Source: Chrysomallon squamiferum
Taxonomy: Eukaryota; Animalia; Mollusca
Assembly: GCA_012295275.1 (NCBI GenBank)
Contig: CM022668.1
Location: 14,508,001-14,572,000, forward strand
Length of the DNA: 64,000 nt
Direction: 5' to 3'
Below are positions 1 through 19,329 of this stretch, piece after piece. Below the pieces are notes generated by a model. It ran no database searches. It was given only the letters and a program-made list of their open reading frames with translations, and was not told the DNA's origin. Made by a program: the position numbers and the translations under genes. How positions within the stretch are numbered: position 1 is the stretch's first letter; each line of letters starts with the position of its first letter.

Positions 1-131
1 TTCAAGAGTTTTCCCCCTGATGTTGTGGAAGCCATTGGTTGGTTAATCTTTAATTTTATCATAATTTGTTTTGAACATTTTTGCTACTGTTATTTCATTT
101 ATGTTGTTATATTAACACTATTTCTGAATTA

Positions 132-135
<4 letters not shown>

Positions 136-223
<88 letters not shown>
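136..223. repeat. (CT)n microsatellite
   Basis: Pure tctc run; source of the spurious SLSLSL ORFs. Confidence 0.95.
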
Positions 224-227
<4 letters not shown>

Positions 228-2065
228 ATTTTTACTATATTTTTCTTTCTTTGTAATTGCAGAAAGATGGGTAAGATGTTGAATGCCAGAGAACCAAAGA
301 TAGTAAACGGACCTCAGATTCTTGACAAATTTGTGGGAGAATCGGAGGCGAACATTCGCAGACTTTTTGCCGATGCTGAGGAGGAAGAAAAACGAGTAAT
401 TTTGAAAAAATATATTTAAGAATAAAAAGAAAATCTCTTCTATGTTGATGACAAAAAAGTTTGAGAAAACAGAATGTTTTACTCTGTTGTCTTTGGAAAT
501 GTAATTTTTAAAAATGTTTTAATCTCTGGTGCATGTTTTGTTATGGTGTAGATATAAAAAGATTTTTGATGACATGAAGATGAACAAAGGTATTTATTTA
601 ACTGTGTTGCAAATGTATATTTTTTTTCTGATGTACAAAAGGACGAAAAATTAGTGCTGATGATAACATTTTACATTTTTAATTTTTTTCTTTCTTTTTC
701 ATAAAAATATTATGGTTTACTCCTCAACAGTCTAACTAAATGTGATTTGTTACTTCTTGAAGAGTCACAGTTTCCTGATTGTTGAAAAATGACAAGCTAT
801 CAGTGGATATTTGCTATGTAAATGAAACATTTTCCTTGTTCTCTTAGGTTGGCAGAAACAGTGGTCTTCACATCATAATTGTTGACAAGATTGATGCCAT
901 TTGTAAATCCAGAAGTGGTGTGGCAAGTATTTTACTAAATATAAGTATTTTAGCTTTGTGCTAACGTCAATAAATTTCATGTTCCATAAGATTAGGGCAA
1001 AATGTAAATAATTTTTAATATGTTTTTAAACTGTCCCATATATAAATGGTTTTGAGTTGCCCTGTACTTATACAAGTACTTCACTAGTCACAATATGGTG
1101 AATGCAGAATCTCAGCATTGTATCTGTATCATTAGATATTTTCATCAGTCCTGTGAGACAAAACTCTGCGGTGAATAAAGTATAGGACTAATGCAACAGG
1201 GTCTAGTAAGAATTTTGAGATTAAACGTTTTGTTATAATTCAGTGTAAAAATAAATAATAAAGCCTGGAAAGAAAGAAAGAAACAAAATTTTGATAGTAA
1301 TAAAGTATAACAGTAAAATGACAGTTTGAAAAGAAATAATGAAACCAAACTTTACTAATAATGAAGTATGACAATAAAATATAGTCTGAGTAAAAAAGAA
1401 AAAAAACCCCATTAAAATCTAACTTTGCCACTAATAATGTATAATAGAAAAACTGAGATCAAACTTTGCAGATGATAAAATAAAATAAAATAGTATTATA
1501 ATGTGTATGAAATAACAGTAAAATCAAACTTTGTTAATAATAAAGTATAACATTGCCACTGTGCACTCTGTCAGCCATTTATTTGAAACAGTTCACATAA
1601 AAATATATATAAAACAGAAATCATTACTGAGACACTTAAAGCAACATTACGAATACCAGACTCGTCAATATTTAAAATAAACTTCACAACCAGTGTTTCT
1701 TTTCTAAAACATTTTTTTTGTTGTTGTTTAATTAAAGTTCTTTTTCTACTTATTTCCAGGCTGGAAACACAGCAGTACATGACACAGTTGTGAATCAGCT
1801 ATTAGCCTAACTGGATGGTGTTGAACAGTTAAACAACATTCTTGTTATTGGTATGACCAACAGAAAAGATATGATTGACGAGGCTTTGCTTAGACCTGGA
1901 CGATTAGAAGTGCACATTGAGATAGGTGAGTACATTGTGATTTATGTATTTGAGTATAGATGGGTCATTCATGATTTACAGATAGGTAGGTGTATTGTGA
2001 TATATGTATATATAGGTAGGTATATTGGGATACAGGTATATAATATAAGATAAGTGGGTATGGGG

Positions 2066-2576
2066 CAGGGACGTGCAAACTTTTTTAAAATGGGTGCAGG
2101 ATGGATCTTATAGGAAGATCATGAGGGCCAGAATATGAAATGAGAACAAAAACAATTTCAAACTGTGTATTTTATATAAACAGTAAATTCACTTTTAGCA
2201 AATGTTAGAAGAGGTAATGAGATGGGTGTTGTTGCATACCATGAAGCAGCAATTCAATGTCAGGCTTAATTGATGTGGTGGACTAGCAAAGAATATCATA
2301 TAGTTTGCTTAGTTTGAATTGAGTGAAGCAAGCAGCCATTCAAAATTCGGATGTGGGCACTATTGATTCGATGAGCATGTTCGAGACACCTTAAATTTTA
2401 AACTTGAATGTGACTTGAATAAAAATATAGCTGTGTCAGTTGACTTTATTTCATTGACTTTTATTTTGCTGTCTCACAAGCCACATGGCAGTGTTAATTG
2501 TGAACAGTTTGGCAGGCCAGACAATAAACCATTGCGGGCTGAATCTTGCCCATGGGCCAGAGTTTTCCTGCCCCTG
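2066..2576. mobile_element. hAT (Charlie-like) MITE in an NSF intron
   Basis: Ends CAGGGACGTGCAAACT ... AGTTTTCCTGCCCCTG (imperfect TIR). Internal gcgggctgaatcttgcccatgggccag resembles hAT subterminal motifs. The 8-bp flanks gtatgggg and gtatctgg look like a decayed TSD. Confidence 0.6.
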
Positions 2577-4518
2577 GTATCTGGTGATGTATGTATACAT
2601 GTATAGACGACTCATTTATGATTTAGAACTAGGTGGATATATTGTCATATGAATACAAGATAGGTGGGTGCATGGTGATACATGAATGTCTGTATCATTC
2701 ATCTTTTCATCCATAACCTTCATCCATCCATCCATCAATTCACACCACCCGTATTATCTTTCCAATTCCTACTCCCAACCCTACTCAACCATTTGTCTAT
2801 ACTTTCATTGATAATTTTTACCACAGTTAATTATATTTGTTTAAACATCTGCAAACATTATTCTGTTTTGTTTCATTCACGGTGTAAAGTAATTTCATTA
2901 GCGTTAATTAATTGTAAATTAGGGCTGCCTGACGAGGCAGGAAGACTCCAGATTTTGCAGATTCACACTGCAACGATGGTGGAAAACAACAAACTCGCAT
3001 CAGACGTGGATCTGAATGAGCTGGCAGCCTTGACAGAGAATTTCAGTGGAGAAGAGATAAAGGATTTAGTAAGAGCAGCTCAGTATACAGCCATGAACAA
3101 GCTGATTAAGGTACATGTTTGTGCTTGCTTTAACCTTTATTTAGCATTTTTGCATCTGTGTTGATATCTTGTTTCTAAGTTTGTTGGTTTTCTTGTGGCT
3201 TTTGTTACAAAAAATAAAAATATTTTAGTTTTGTTAAAACATTTCCTGTTAAGAATAGAAAATTGAAATTCAATTTTTGTATTTTAATTTTTAATTTTTT
3301 TTTTTCTTGCAGCTTTCGGAGCAAAGAATAAATATTTAAAAAAAATATATTTCCTGTTAATAACAGAAATTTTAAATTTTAAATATGATTCAATGATAAC
3401 CAGTTTATTTTATTCTTATGGCCATGTTTGTGTATGTTTTAAATTTAAGAAATTTAATATATAATATCTGTGATATATATTTGTTGATTTATCTTAGTAC
3501 TGTCATAATTTTTACTTCAGAAAATACAGATTTCCAATTTTCATTTTCACTAACTCGTGTCTTTGCTCCAAACATTAAACTTTATACAAGTATCAGTATC
3601 ATATTGAATTAAATCGATAATTTAAGTAAATTAAAACAATTAACTGTAAATGAGATTAATTATTCTTTACTAAGCTTGCATCTATGATTTTAAGCAGATA
3701 TTAAAGTTGTGAATTAATAAGAAAATTTTTGTTTTATCTAGGTCACTTCTACTGTAGAGGTTGACCCAGATGCCAGAGACAAACTTGAAGTGTCGAGATC
3801 AGACTTCATGCATGCACTTCAAAATTACATAAAACCAGTAAGTATTGACAATAAACTGGATAAATTTTGATTAAATAAGGGCTGGTTGACGAATTTTTGA
3901 AATAAAATAGTTATTTGTTTTAATGTTGCAACGGTTCTTATTATTAATTTCACAGGCTTTTGGCAGCAGCAAGGAAGGACTTAAAACATTCATTACAAAC
4001 GGAATCACAGAACGGGGAAAACCAGTCACTCATGTACTGGAAGATGGAGATGTTATAGTCTCACAGACCAAGAGCAGTGACAGGACACCATTGGCCACCA
4101 TGTTGTTTAAAGGTTTGTGATTGGCTGTCTTACCATTTGAAATCAAATACCATTGGTTGTTTGTTTTTTCTGTGTTTTTTTTTAGAAATTTTAAATAACT
4201 GTTAGAAGTGTTTTTATTGATGGTTTTGTTATTTCAACATTTTTTCATTATTGGCTTGTTTTTTTCTATAATTTTAAGTAGCTGACAAGTATGTTGTTGA
4301 TGGTCTTTGTACATTTTTATTACTGTTGTTGTTATTTTTGAAAATAACAATTTGTAATTTTAAAATCTTACAATGTTTTTGATTGGGTTTGTTTTCTGAT
4401 GATGTTTGAAAGTTGTCAAAATAAATATTACTTCTGATTATACACTCTCTCTCTCATTAAATAAATTGTCATTAATTCATTCATATAGTTATTCATTCAT
4501 TCATTATGTATTTATTAA

Positions 4519-4769
<251 letters not shown>

Positions 4770-5276
4770 TAAATTAAAAAAAAAAAAACCAGTAGTTGTA
4801 TTTTGTTACTGTTGAAAATACCATTTTAATCATTGTAAGTCTTCTGACTTTTTTGTTGTCAGATATTATTTCATTACAATTATTACTGTTATTATTATAT
4901 TTCTTGTTATATTTGTTGTTATTATATTCTTATTCTTATTATCATTATTGTTAATATTTTTGCTGTTATTATTTTTGTCATAGATGTTATTTTATTATTG
5001 TTAATTTTTTAATTAATATTAGTTATTGTTTTGTTATTATTAGTTTTACTATTATTGTTTTTATTTATTGCTGTCATTATTATTATTAATTTATGTATTA
5101 CTACTACCACTTATGCTACAACTTTCATTACTGTTGTTTGTTGTTTTTCTTTTCATCATCACCTTCATCATCATCATCATCATTATTGTTGTTATTATTG
5201 TCATTATATTATTATTATTACTGTTATTATTATTACTATTATTATTATTATTATTACTATTATTATTATTAATATG

Positions 5277-5318
<42 letters not shown>

Positions 5319-6737
5319 TTTATGATTATGAATGTATTATTATTATTTTTATTACAGATGGATGAGACTGACAGAGCAGAAAAATCTCTCAACAAACTTG
5401 AAGATGAAGATGCACCTGAGAGATGAATACAGCAATCACCTGCTTACATATCTCCAGAAAAGACACTGGACATAATAGAAAATTGTTGTTCAGTTTTGTA
5501 TTTTGTTTTTATTTTTTCTTCCCTTTAGTCTTACTAATAACCTTCAATGCTTGTTGTTGTGTAGAAAAAAAGTCAAGATAGATGATAAATTACATTGTTG
5601 TTAGTTTTGATAGTCTTCTTGATTTTGTATTCTATGTAGTGAATTATATATTTATTTAGCTGACGTGTATAAATAATCGTTTAAAAATTCATATTTTTGC
5701 AGTTCTTGTGTTTAATGTCACAAACACTAAATTATAATATATCTGAAATATATATTTTTCTCTTCTGGTGTTATAAAGCAATAAAATATTTGATTTGTAA
5801 TTAATTTTAGGCTATTACATTTTGTTGTAAATGATTTTAAAATTTCTTCCCTTAACTGTCATTTTTGTATTCGTGTGTTTTCGGAGTGCTGAAGCGGAAA
5901 TAGCCGAACTATCGTTCAGTTGTTGTTTTGCGTACAGCATATTGTTTTCAACGCCATGTTGATTGAGAAAACGATATGTAGGTAAATAAAATGAAATGGC
6001 TGCAAAAGACAGAAATCACTAGGGTGCTGCACGTGCCGTAATCAGATTTAAGTGCTACGATGACGTTATAGTGGGATCTATACGGTTGTAACCTAAGTTT
6101 CGTTTCGATATTTCTTAATTTGATTTGACCAGTGACCCAGGGACATTGACGTCACTAAGGTGATCCATTTTCTCTAAATTAACAGATAACAGACCAACGT
6201 AATGTTATGAATAGTATATATTTGAGACGTTACCTCATTAGTGGCTCTTTGCCAAACTTATAATCATAATTTTGTATTCTATATAGTGAATTTAGTAATA
6301 TTCGCAAAACACTTCTTTTTACACACCCTTCCAAACGTCCAAGGAGTAAAAGCCCTAAGCGGAAAGGAAAAAAATAACAGAAAACAATAGGCGACAGAAA
6401 AACAGAAATGGCAAATCACACACAAACTCTGACTTAGACAAAACACCTGAGGCAGAAGATAATCAACAAAGGACCCCCCCCCCATACGACAACCAAGAAA
6501 AACACTACTCGCTCAACAACAACAACAACCCAAACAAACAAAAACCATCGAGACTACACTTGTCTCACTTCAGAAATACGAATATAGGGGGGAAAAAGTA
6601 ACAGAAAAAGAAGAAGAAAAAACAGGAATAAAATTTACAACTTTTAATTAAGAAATATAAACAATGAAAAATAGATTAAGCACATTGTGTCATTTTTTTT
6701 TTTTTTTTTTTTTTTTTTAATGTTGGTGGTTTATCAA

Positions 6738-6983
6738 TCATCGAGTTGCGTATTTTGGTGAGACAGTCGTGACTCTGGTCTGGAGCATGGTTGTGGGTTG
6801 AACTGCTTGTGAGTGCTTTCTCTGTAAGTCTGTTATCACAGAACCTTGACAGTTACAACTAGATCTTTTGACGCATTTCGACCACATCTTTGTTTTGCGA
6901 GTTGCATGTTTGGTATACACGAACCCCTCATAAAAGATTTTGTTACCACCCTCATTGCTGTGAATAACTTCCATATTAAACAT
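6738..6983 (-). mobile_element. FLYWCH zinc-finger fragment (MULE transposase N-terminus), frameshifted copy
   Basis: SNEGGNKIFYEGFVYTK...WSKCVKRSSCNCQG. The terminal HNH is lost through a 1-nt deletion relative to the second copy. Confidence 0.7.
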
Positions 6984-8559
6984 ACTTCTGATACTAGAGC
7001 AAGCTGAAGACTATGCAGTGAAACACATTTTAACCTGGGAATTTTATAAATCATTTACAACAGGGAGCCTAGTTTAAATCTATTCTAATCAGTAAGCTAG
7101 ACTCTTGCACAACATGAAGCCTCTTTCTTTAATATTGCCTAATTGACATAACGAATAAGCTTAACAATTACCCCATGCATTCTATGATTCCACATTCAAT
7201 ACTTTACAAACTAACACATTTTGTGACTTTTTTCCACCCACCACAAATAAATAAATAAATAAGTAAATGAATAAATAAATAAGTAAATAAATAAGTAAAT
7301 ATATAAGTAAATAAATAAATCAGAAACAGCAGTATCAAAACATGTATTGGGAAAAAAATATGTATGTAGTGGGATATATACGGTTGTAACCTAAGTTTCC
7401 TTTGGATATTTCTTAATTTGATTTGACCAGTGACACAGCGACATTGACGTCACTAAGGTGAACCATTTTCTGTAAATAAACTGCTTACTCACTGCTTAGT
7501 TATTTACATATAACAGACCAACGCAGTTTTATGAATAGTATATATTTGAGACGTTACCTCATTAGTGGCTCTTTGCCAAAATCATAATTTTGAATTCTAT
7601 GTAGTGAATTATATAATATTTATTTAGCTGTCGTGTATAAATAATCATGTTTATAAATTCATAATTTTATACATTCTTCTCAGAAAATTAATGTCACAAA
7701 ATGGAGATAACTACACAAACACTAAATTATAAGATATGTTAACGAATTGTAATATATATTTCTGACTTCTGAGAATAAAACAATAAAATATTTGATTGCT
7801 AATTAATTTTAGGCTTGTTACATTTTGTTGTAAATGATTTTAAAATCTCTTCCCTTAGCTGTCATTTTTGTATTCGTGTGATTTCGGAGTGCTGAAGCGG
7901 AAATAGCCGAACTATTGTTCAGTTCTTGTTTTGCGTGCAGCATGTTGTTTTCAACGCCATGTTGATTGAGAAAACGATATGTGGGTAAATAAAATGAGAT
8001 GGCTGTAAAAGACAGAAATCGCTAGGGTGCTATATGTGTCTTAATCAGATATTGTGTATACGTAATCACATCATCAAATTTGAGACATGCCCGTTTTATT
8101 TAGGATTTTTATGTTTTTTACAAATTTATTTAGGTTTTATTGTTTCTCCCAGTTATACCAAAGAAAATCCAAAATATAAGTTGTTCCCTGTTCTTACTCA
8201 TGGCATACGTGGGCGTGTTATCATTTAAACATAAGTGCTACGATGACGTTCAGTGCTGTGACTGTCTGAAAACGTGACGTCATGAACCCCCCTCATCAGA
8301 AAAGCTGGATCCGCCACAGTAATGATACTAATAGTGGTAGTAGTAGTCATAAATAAATAAATAAATAAAACGAAACAAGAATATCAAAGCCAGTGACCCA
8401 GCGACATTGACGTCACTATGGTGATCCATTTTCTGTAAATAAACTGCTTACTCACTGCCTAGTTATTTACAGATAACAGACCAACGTAATTTTATGAATA
8501 GTATATATTTGAGACGTTACCTCATTAGTGGTTCTTTGCCAAATTTATAATCATAATTT

Positions 8560-9200
8560 TGTATTCTATGTAGTGAATTTAGTAATATTCGCAAAACACT
8601 TCTTTTTACACACCCGTCCAAACGTCCAAAGAGGAAAAGCCCAAACTCAGAAAGGAAAAAATAACAAAAAACAACAGGCGATAGAAAAACAGAAATGGCA
8701 AATCACACGCAGACTCTGACTTAGACAAAACACCTGAGGCAGAAGATAATCAACAAAGACCTACAAATCCTAGCATGCCTACGGGTACGCGACAGAGAAC
8801 GGTAAAATGACAGCGAACCTAATATTTGGCAGAAAAGTAAGAAGAAAACAATACACAAAAACAAGAACGCAGAAATCGAAAAAAAGCTAAGATACCTTGT
8901 CGAAGCACAAATAAACAACATCGACAAAACATTCAGAATAAATAAAAACCAGAATTCGACAGAAATGTATTTCGAAATAGATTTCAAATCATTAAAAAGA
9001 ATAGGCCCCAGCATATCCATCTGGAATGAACTTTTTCTTGTCAGGGCACTACCCAAAATAATCCCTGACACCCAACAAACAAAGGACCCCCCCTCCCATA
9101 CAACAATCAAGAAAAACACTACTCACTCAACAATAACCCAAACAAACAAAAACCATTGAGACTACACTTGTCTCACTTCAGAAATACGAATATAGGGGGA
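8560..9200 (+). mobile_element. Probable LINE 5' region/ORF1 relic (shorter copy at about 6280-6580)
   Basis: A-rich plus strand with interrupted coding-like frames (FEIDFKSLKRIGPSISIWNEL). Composition and orientation match the ORF2 relic at 11335. Confidence 0.4.
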
Positions 9201-9361
9201 AAAAGTCAGAAAAAAACAACAAAAAAAAACCAGGAATAAAATTTACAACTTTTAATTAAGAAATATAAACAATGAAAAATAGATTAAACACATTTTGTCA
9301 TTTTCTTTTTTTGAGTTAATGTTGGTGGTTTATCAATCATCGAGTTGCGTATTTTGGTGAG

Positions 9362-9628
9362 TCAGTCGTAAGTCTGGTCTGGAGCATGGTTGTGGGGTTG
9401 AACTACTTGTGAGTGCTTTCTCTGTAAGTCTGTTATCACAGAACCTTGACAGTTACAACTAGATCTTTTGACGCATTTCGACCACATCTTTGTTTTGCGA
9501 GTTGCATGTTTGGTATACACGAACCCCTCATAAAAGATTTTGTTACCACCCTCATTGCTGTGAATAACTTCCATATTAAACATGCTTCTGATACTAGAGC
9601 AAGCTGAAGAATATGCAGTGAAACACAT
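9362..9628 (-). mobile_element. FLYWCH zinc-finger fragment (MULE transposase N-terminus)
   Basis: GGNKIFYEGFVYTK...WSKC....SCNC...PHNHAPD gives a complete C2H2 FLYWCH pattern, followed by a stop and truncation. Confidence 0.75.
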
Positions 9629-9889
9629 TTTAACCTGGGAATTTTATAAATCATTTACAACAGGGAGCCTAGTTTAAATCTATTCTAATCAGTAAGCTAG
9701 ACTCTTGCACAATATGAAGCCTCTTTCTTTAATATTGCCTAATTGACATAACGAATAAGCTTAACAATTACCCCATGCATACTATGATGCCACATTCAGT
9801 ACTTTACAAACTCACACATTTTGTGACTTTTTTCCACCCACCACAAATACATCTCCAGAGATAAATAAATAAATAAATAAATATATAAG

Positions 9890-9961
<72 letters not shown>

Positions 9962-11334
9962 TAAATGAATAAATAAATAAGTAAATAAATAAGTAAATAT
10001 ATAAGTAAATAAATAAATAAATAAATCAGAAACAGCAGTATCAAAACATGTATGGGGAAAAAAAATATGTATGTAGTGGGATATATACGGTTATAACCTA
10101 AGTTTCCTTTGGATATTTCTTAATTTGATTTGACCAGTGACACAGCGACATTGACGTCACTAAGGTGAACCATTTTCTGTAAATAAACTGCTTACTCACT
10201 GCTTAGTTATTTACATATAACAGACCAACGCAATTTTATGAATAGTATATATTTGAGACGTTACCTCATTAGTGGCTCTTTGCCAAAATCATAATTTTGA
10301 ATTCTATGTAGTGAATTATATAATATTTATTTAGCTGTCGTGTATAAATAATCATGTTTATAAATTCATAATTTTACACATTCTTCTCAGAAAATTAATG
10401 TCACAAAATGGAGATAACTACACAAACACTAAATTATAAGATATGTTAACGAATTGTAATATATATTTCTGACTTCTGAGAATAAAACAATAAAATATTT
10501 GATTGCTAATTAATTTTAGGCTTGTTACATTTTGTTGTAAATGATTTTAAAATCTCTTCGCTTAACTGTCATTTTTGTATTCGTGTGTTTTCGGAGTGCT
10601 GAAGCGGAAATAGCCGAACTATCGTTCAGTTGTTGTTTTGCGTGCAGCATATTGTTTTCAACGCCATGTTGATTGAGAAAACCATATGTAGGTAAATAAA
10701 ATGAGATGGCTGCAAAAGACAGAAATCACTAGGGTGCTGCGCGTGCCGTAATCAGATTTTGTGTATACGTAATCACATCATCAAATTTGAGACATGCCCC
10801 TTTTATTTAGGATTTTTATGTTTTTTACAAATTTATTTAGGTTTTATTGTTTCTCCCAGTTATACCAAAGAAAATCCAAAATATAAGTTTTTCCCTGTTC
10901 TTACTCATGGCATACGTGGGCGTGTTATCATTCAAACATAAGTGCTACGATGACGTTCAGTGCAGTGACTGTGAAAACGTGACGTCATGAACCCTCCCTC
11001 ACCAGAAAAGCTGGATCCGCCACAGTAATAATACTAATAGTGGTAGTAGTAGTCATAAATGAAAAAAGAAAACAATAAATTAATAAAAAATGTATAACTA
11101 AATAAATAAGTAAATAAATATATAAGTAAATGAATAAGTAAATAAATAAGTGAATATATAAGTAAATAAATAAATAAGAAACAGGAATATCAAAACAGGT
11201 ATGGGGAAAATAAAAAAAATAAAAAATATGTATATAGTGGGATGTATACAGTTGTAACCTAAGTTTCGTTTGGATGTTTCTTAATTTGATCTGACCAGTG
11301 ACCCAGCGACATTAACGTCACTAAGGTGATCCAT

Positions 11335-12470
11335 ACACCAGTGACACGAATGTTGCCCAGTCCGCCATTGATTTAACATTAAAAAGCAAAGACATCGCAG
11401 CGCTAAGTGAATTGCAAGTGCTCAGTGAACTAAACAGCGACCATCACCCCACACTCACCAACTACAACAGCAAAAACACTTTCTCAGACAATTCCATTTT
11501 TACACCCAAATGGAATTTCAATAAAGCAGACTGGGAAGGCTTCTACAAAGCATGCAAAAATAGTAAAAACCAAAAAATCCAACAACATCGACACCTACTG
11601 CGTATCACTCACTAACACGATAAACTCAATTGCCACCAAATTCATACCCAAAACTAGAAAATGCACCAACAAAAGATTCACTGCCTGGTGGACTGAACAT
11701 GTAGAAAACAAATACAAAGAAAGAAACAAATACAGAAGCAATATAAAAAAGACAAGAATCATTCAACAAAATAAAATGGCTAAAAAAGAAGTATCGAACC
11801 TAATTCTTATTGCAAAACAAGAACACTGGGAAAACATCACTCAAAGACATGTGGGCCAAAGTGAAAAAATATACAAGGCAAAAAATCTCACACAATCAAC
11901 ACTCGTGACATAAACAACATCGCTTTCACTGACAAACAAAAAGCAGATCTACTCAGTGAAACTTTCTCGAAATGAAGCATAAATATTGAAATTTCCAACC
12001 CAATTTCACAGAAAAAAAGAAAAAACAACAACATTAGAGAACCTACCAGTTCGCGAACATTCTACAGACACAGAACACATGAAATACAAAGTACCAATGA
12101 ATTAAAATATGCCCTTAAAAACAAAAACAAAAAGTACTGCCGCAGGGCCTGACAATATAAGCTACAAAATAATGAAACACTTGCCAGAAGAAACACAATT
12201 AACTATACATGAAATCTTCAGCACAATTTGGACAACAGGCAATATTCCAGCAAACACGCTGAATGTTTCAGTCTGCCTAAAACCCCGTAAAGACCACACA
12301 TTACCCAACAATTACAGACCAATCACTCGTGCAAAACATTGGAAACAATGATAAACACACCTAAATCAACATTTAAATGACAACAACTTAATTAGTAAAA
12401 ATCAAAACGTGAACAACCGAATCACCTGCTTACAAAATTCAGTTAACCAACCTTTCAGCAAAGGATCATT
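11335..12470 (+). mobile_element. Degraded non-LTR retrotransposon (LINE) ORF2: endonuclease C-terminus, linker and start of RT
   Basis: SAIDLTL...SDHHP (APE end), KWNFNKADWEGF, STAAGPDNISYKIMKHLP, FSTIWTTGNIP, LKPRKDHTLPNNYRPI; multiple frameshifts. Confidence 0.88.
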
Positions 12471-13597
12471 CAGGCCATGGTTATTAATATTTAAATATAT
12501 GTGGTATTTTAATAACCAAAAGATTAGTTAGAAGGTTAAAGTAACCAATTGGACTTGATTAGTTTAGTATTATCTATCAACTCCATTTACTTTTATCTTG
12601 CATCGTTCGAATCGTATATAGTTAATTTATGTAAAACATAAAACAATTACCCATGTTCATTTCTTGTTTATATTATTGTTCTCTAGTGGCTATTGACTAG
12701 TCTTTTAGTAATTAAACCTATCTCAGATCTTTGAAATCTTGTCTCGTGACACCATTGTAATCTGCTACCCTTTAGACGGGATGGGCCAACTTTAAGGTAT
12801 TAATACCACTCAGACTAGTCACCGAGACAGTGTTATATGTAATATGTAATTCGAAAGGCTTAAATTTATTATTATTATTTAAAGCAAATAAGGAAGATAA
12901 TTTTAAATTCTCGTTCATGATCAAGACTGTATGCAGCAATGTCTAAGGTAGGTGCATGGACAATAATTTAGTTATTAAGTTTATGTTAATAGCATGGACA
13001 ATTACATTTATAAATAGCATTGTTCAATTTCATATTTAGATAACCAAAACATATCTTGATAATATTTTAGCAATGTAGTTTGACTGCATGAAAATATTGT
13101 GTCTGCAAAATGTTAATTCGATCATTAATTAATCTGATTTAATTCCAGTTGTCAACACCGGTAAATAAACCGTTATTGCTATGAAATATTTACTTGTTTT
13201 AAGGACGACATTTAAGTATGGTGGCACTCGAAAAAGAAGTGTTAACTAAAAATGAATATAAATTAACGGTCGGCATTATTCTTGAGGTAATGTTGAATCA
13301 GAAATACAGCAGCAAAATCGTTTTCTGATGAACAAATCCTCATTTTAAATGAATCATTTATACACGTTAAAGTAACAAAAAAACATGAACATTTTTCATC
13401 CTGGTGCTTTTGTTTTTGTAATGTATAAAAATAATTAAAAATAAATTACATTATAATAAATCTATAAATAAATTGTTGTTGTTGTTCTTGTATATATTGT
13501 ATTTATATAGATAACACATGTACTTGCAGAAGGTGTGGTGTAACATAATTTGTATCTAAAAAATAAAAATATACAAATTATCTTTAGGATAATAATG

Positions 13598-13646
<49 letters not shown>

Positions 13647-13849
13647 AAACGGAAATAAACAATAGTTCCCTCCCATAAAAAAACCCCTTAAAAACCTAGA
13701 AAAATAAAAAAATAACGAAAAAACCCCAACAAAATGCAAGAAAAAGAAACAAAACAAACAATAACAAGTAAAAAATAACAATTTGAATCAAAAATGAATA
13801 AATAAATTGACTAATTAATTAAACATTTCTGTTGTTATTGATTTCGTAG

Positions 13850-18586
<4,737 letters not shown>

Positions 18587-19284
18587 ATACAGTAATCCCC
18601 TGCTTAGACATCTGTACTATTGATTTATTATTTGAGATAATTCCAGTGACAGAAGAACAGACAGTGGAAATAAAAGAAAATTGTAGTTCATTTTTTCGTG
18701 AGATTTCGTTCATTTTGTTTATCTTCTCTGTTGTGTGTAGAAAAAATCAAGATACAAGATAAATTACTTTGTTAGTTTTGATAGACTTCCTATCTCTTCT
18801 TCTTGTTTTTCACTGTTCTTAGATGTTATTACATTATTATTATTATTATTTAGAATATTCTTTATCTTATAATGTCTTCATATTCTTTCCTTTCCATTTT
18901 TTTTTTATGCTGTTTTTGTTTTCCTCCTTTTCATTATTATGATTTTTAGTATTTTATTTTCCCTTGTATTATTTTCTTTCATTAATATATATATTGAAAT
19001 TAGTTAAAAATATATTTCTCGTATTAGTGCTAGGATAAATTAAAAGTAATTTTGAAAAATTTGTAACAGAGAAATTTATGTATTTTTTCTTGTACGGTCT
19101 ATACTGTATGACATTTGATAACTGTGACATTTTTATATTTAAATGACATTAATTGATTCTGTGATACTGATGTTACTTGGTTTCCATTTATGATAAGGTT
19201 ATCCTACTTAGGGGGTAAATTTCACGTATGAAAGTGTTGCATTACTTTATTTTGTATTTGGACATATTTAAATTTTGTCAATAA

Positions 19285-19329
<45 letters not shown>

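Larger units (their letters stand above)
5630..11333. repeat. Tandem duplication of a composite TE-derived unit (about 6130-8390 and 8391-11294, plus partial flanking modules)
   Basis: The module ccagtgac(c/a)cag(c/g)gacattgacgtcacta(a/t)ggtg recurs near 6130, 7427, 8391, 10134 and 11295. Block 6738-7054 matches 9362-9654, and block 7596-8340 matches 10302-11050. Confidence 0.9.

Noticed and set aside
5031-5357. Poly-Ile/Leu/His ORFs, and similar ones at 9796, 13462, 18062, 32712, 37842, 39025 and 61794
   Set aside because: Translations of (ATT)n, (TTTA)n, (CA)n and (CT)n microsatellites.
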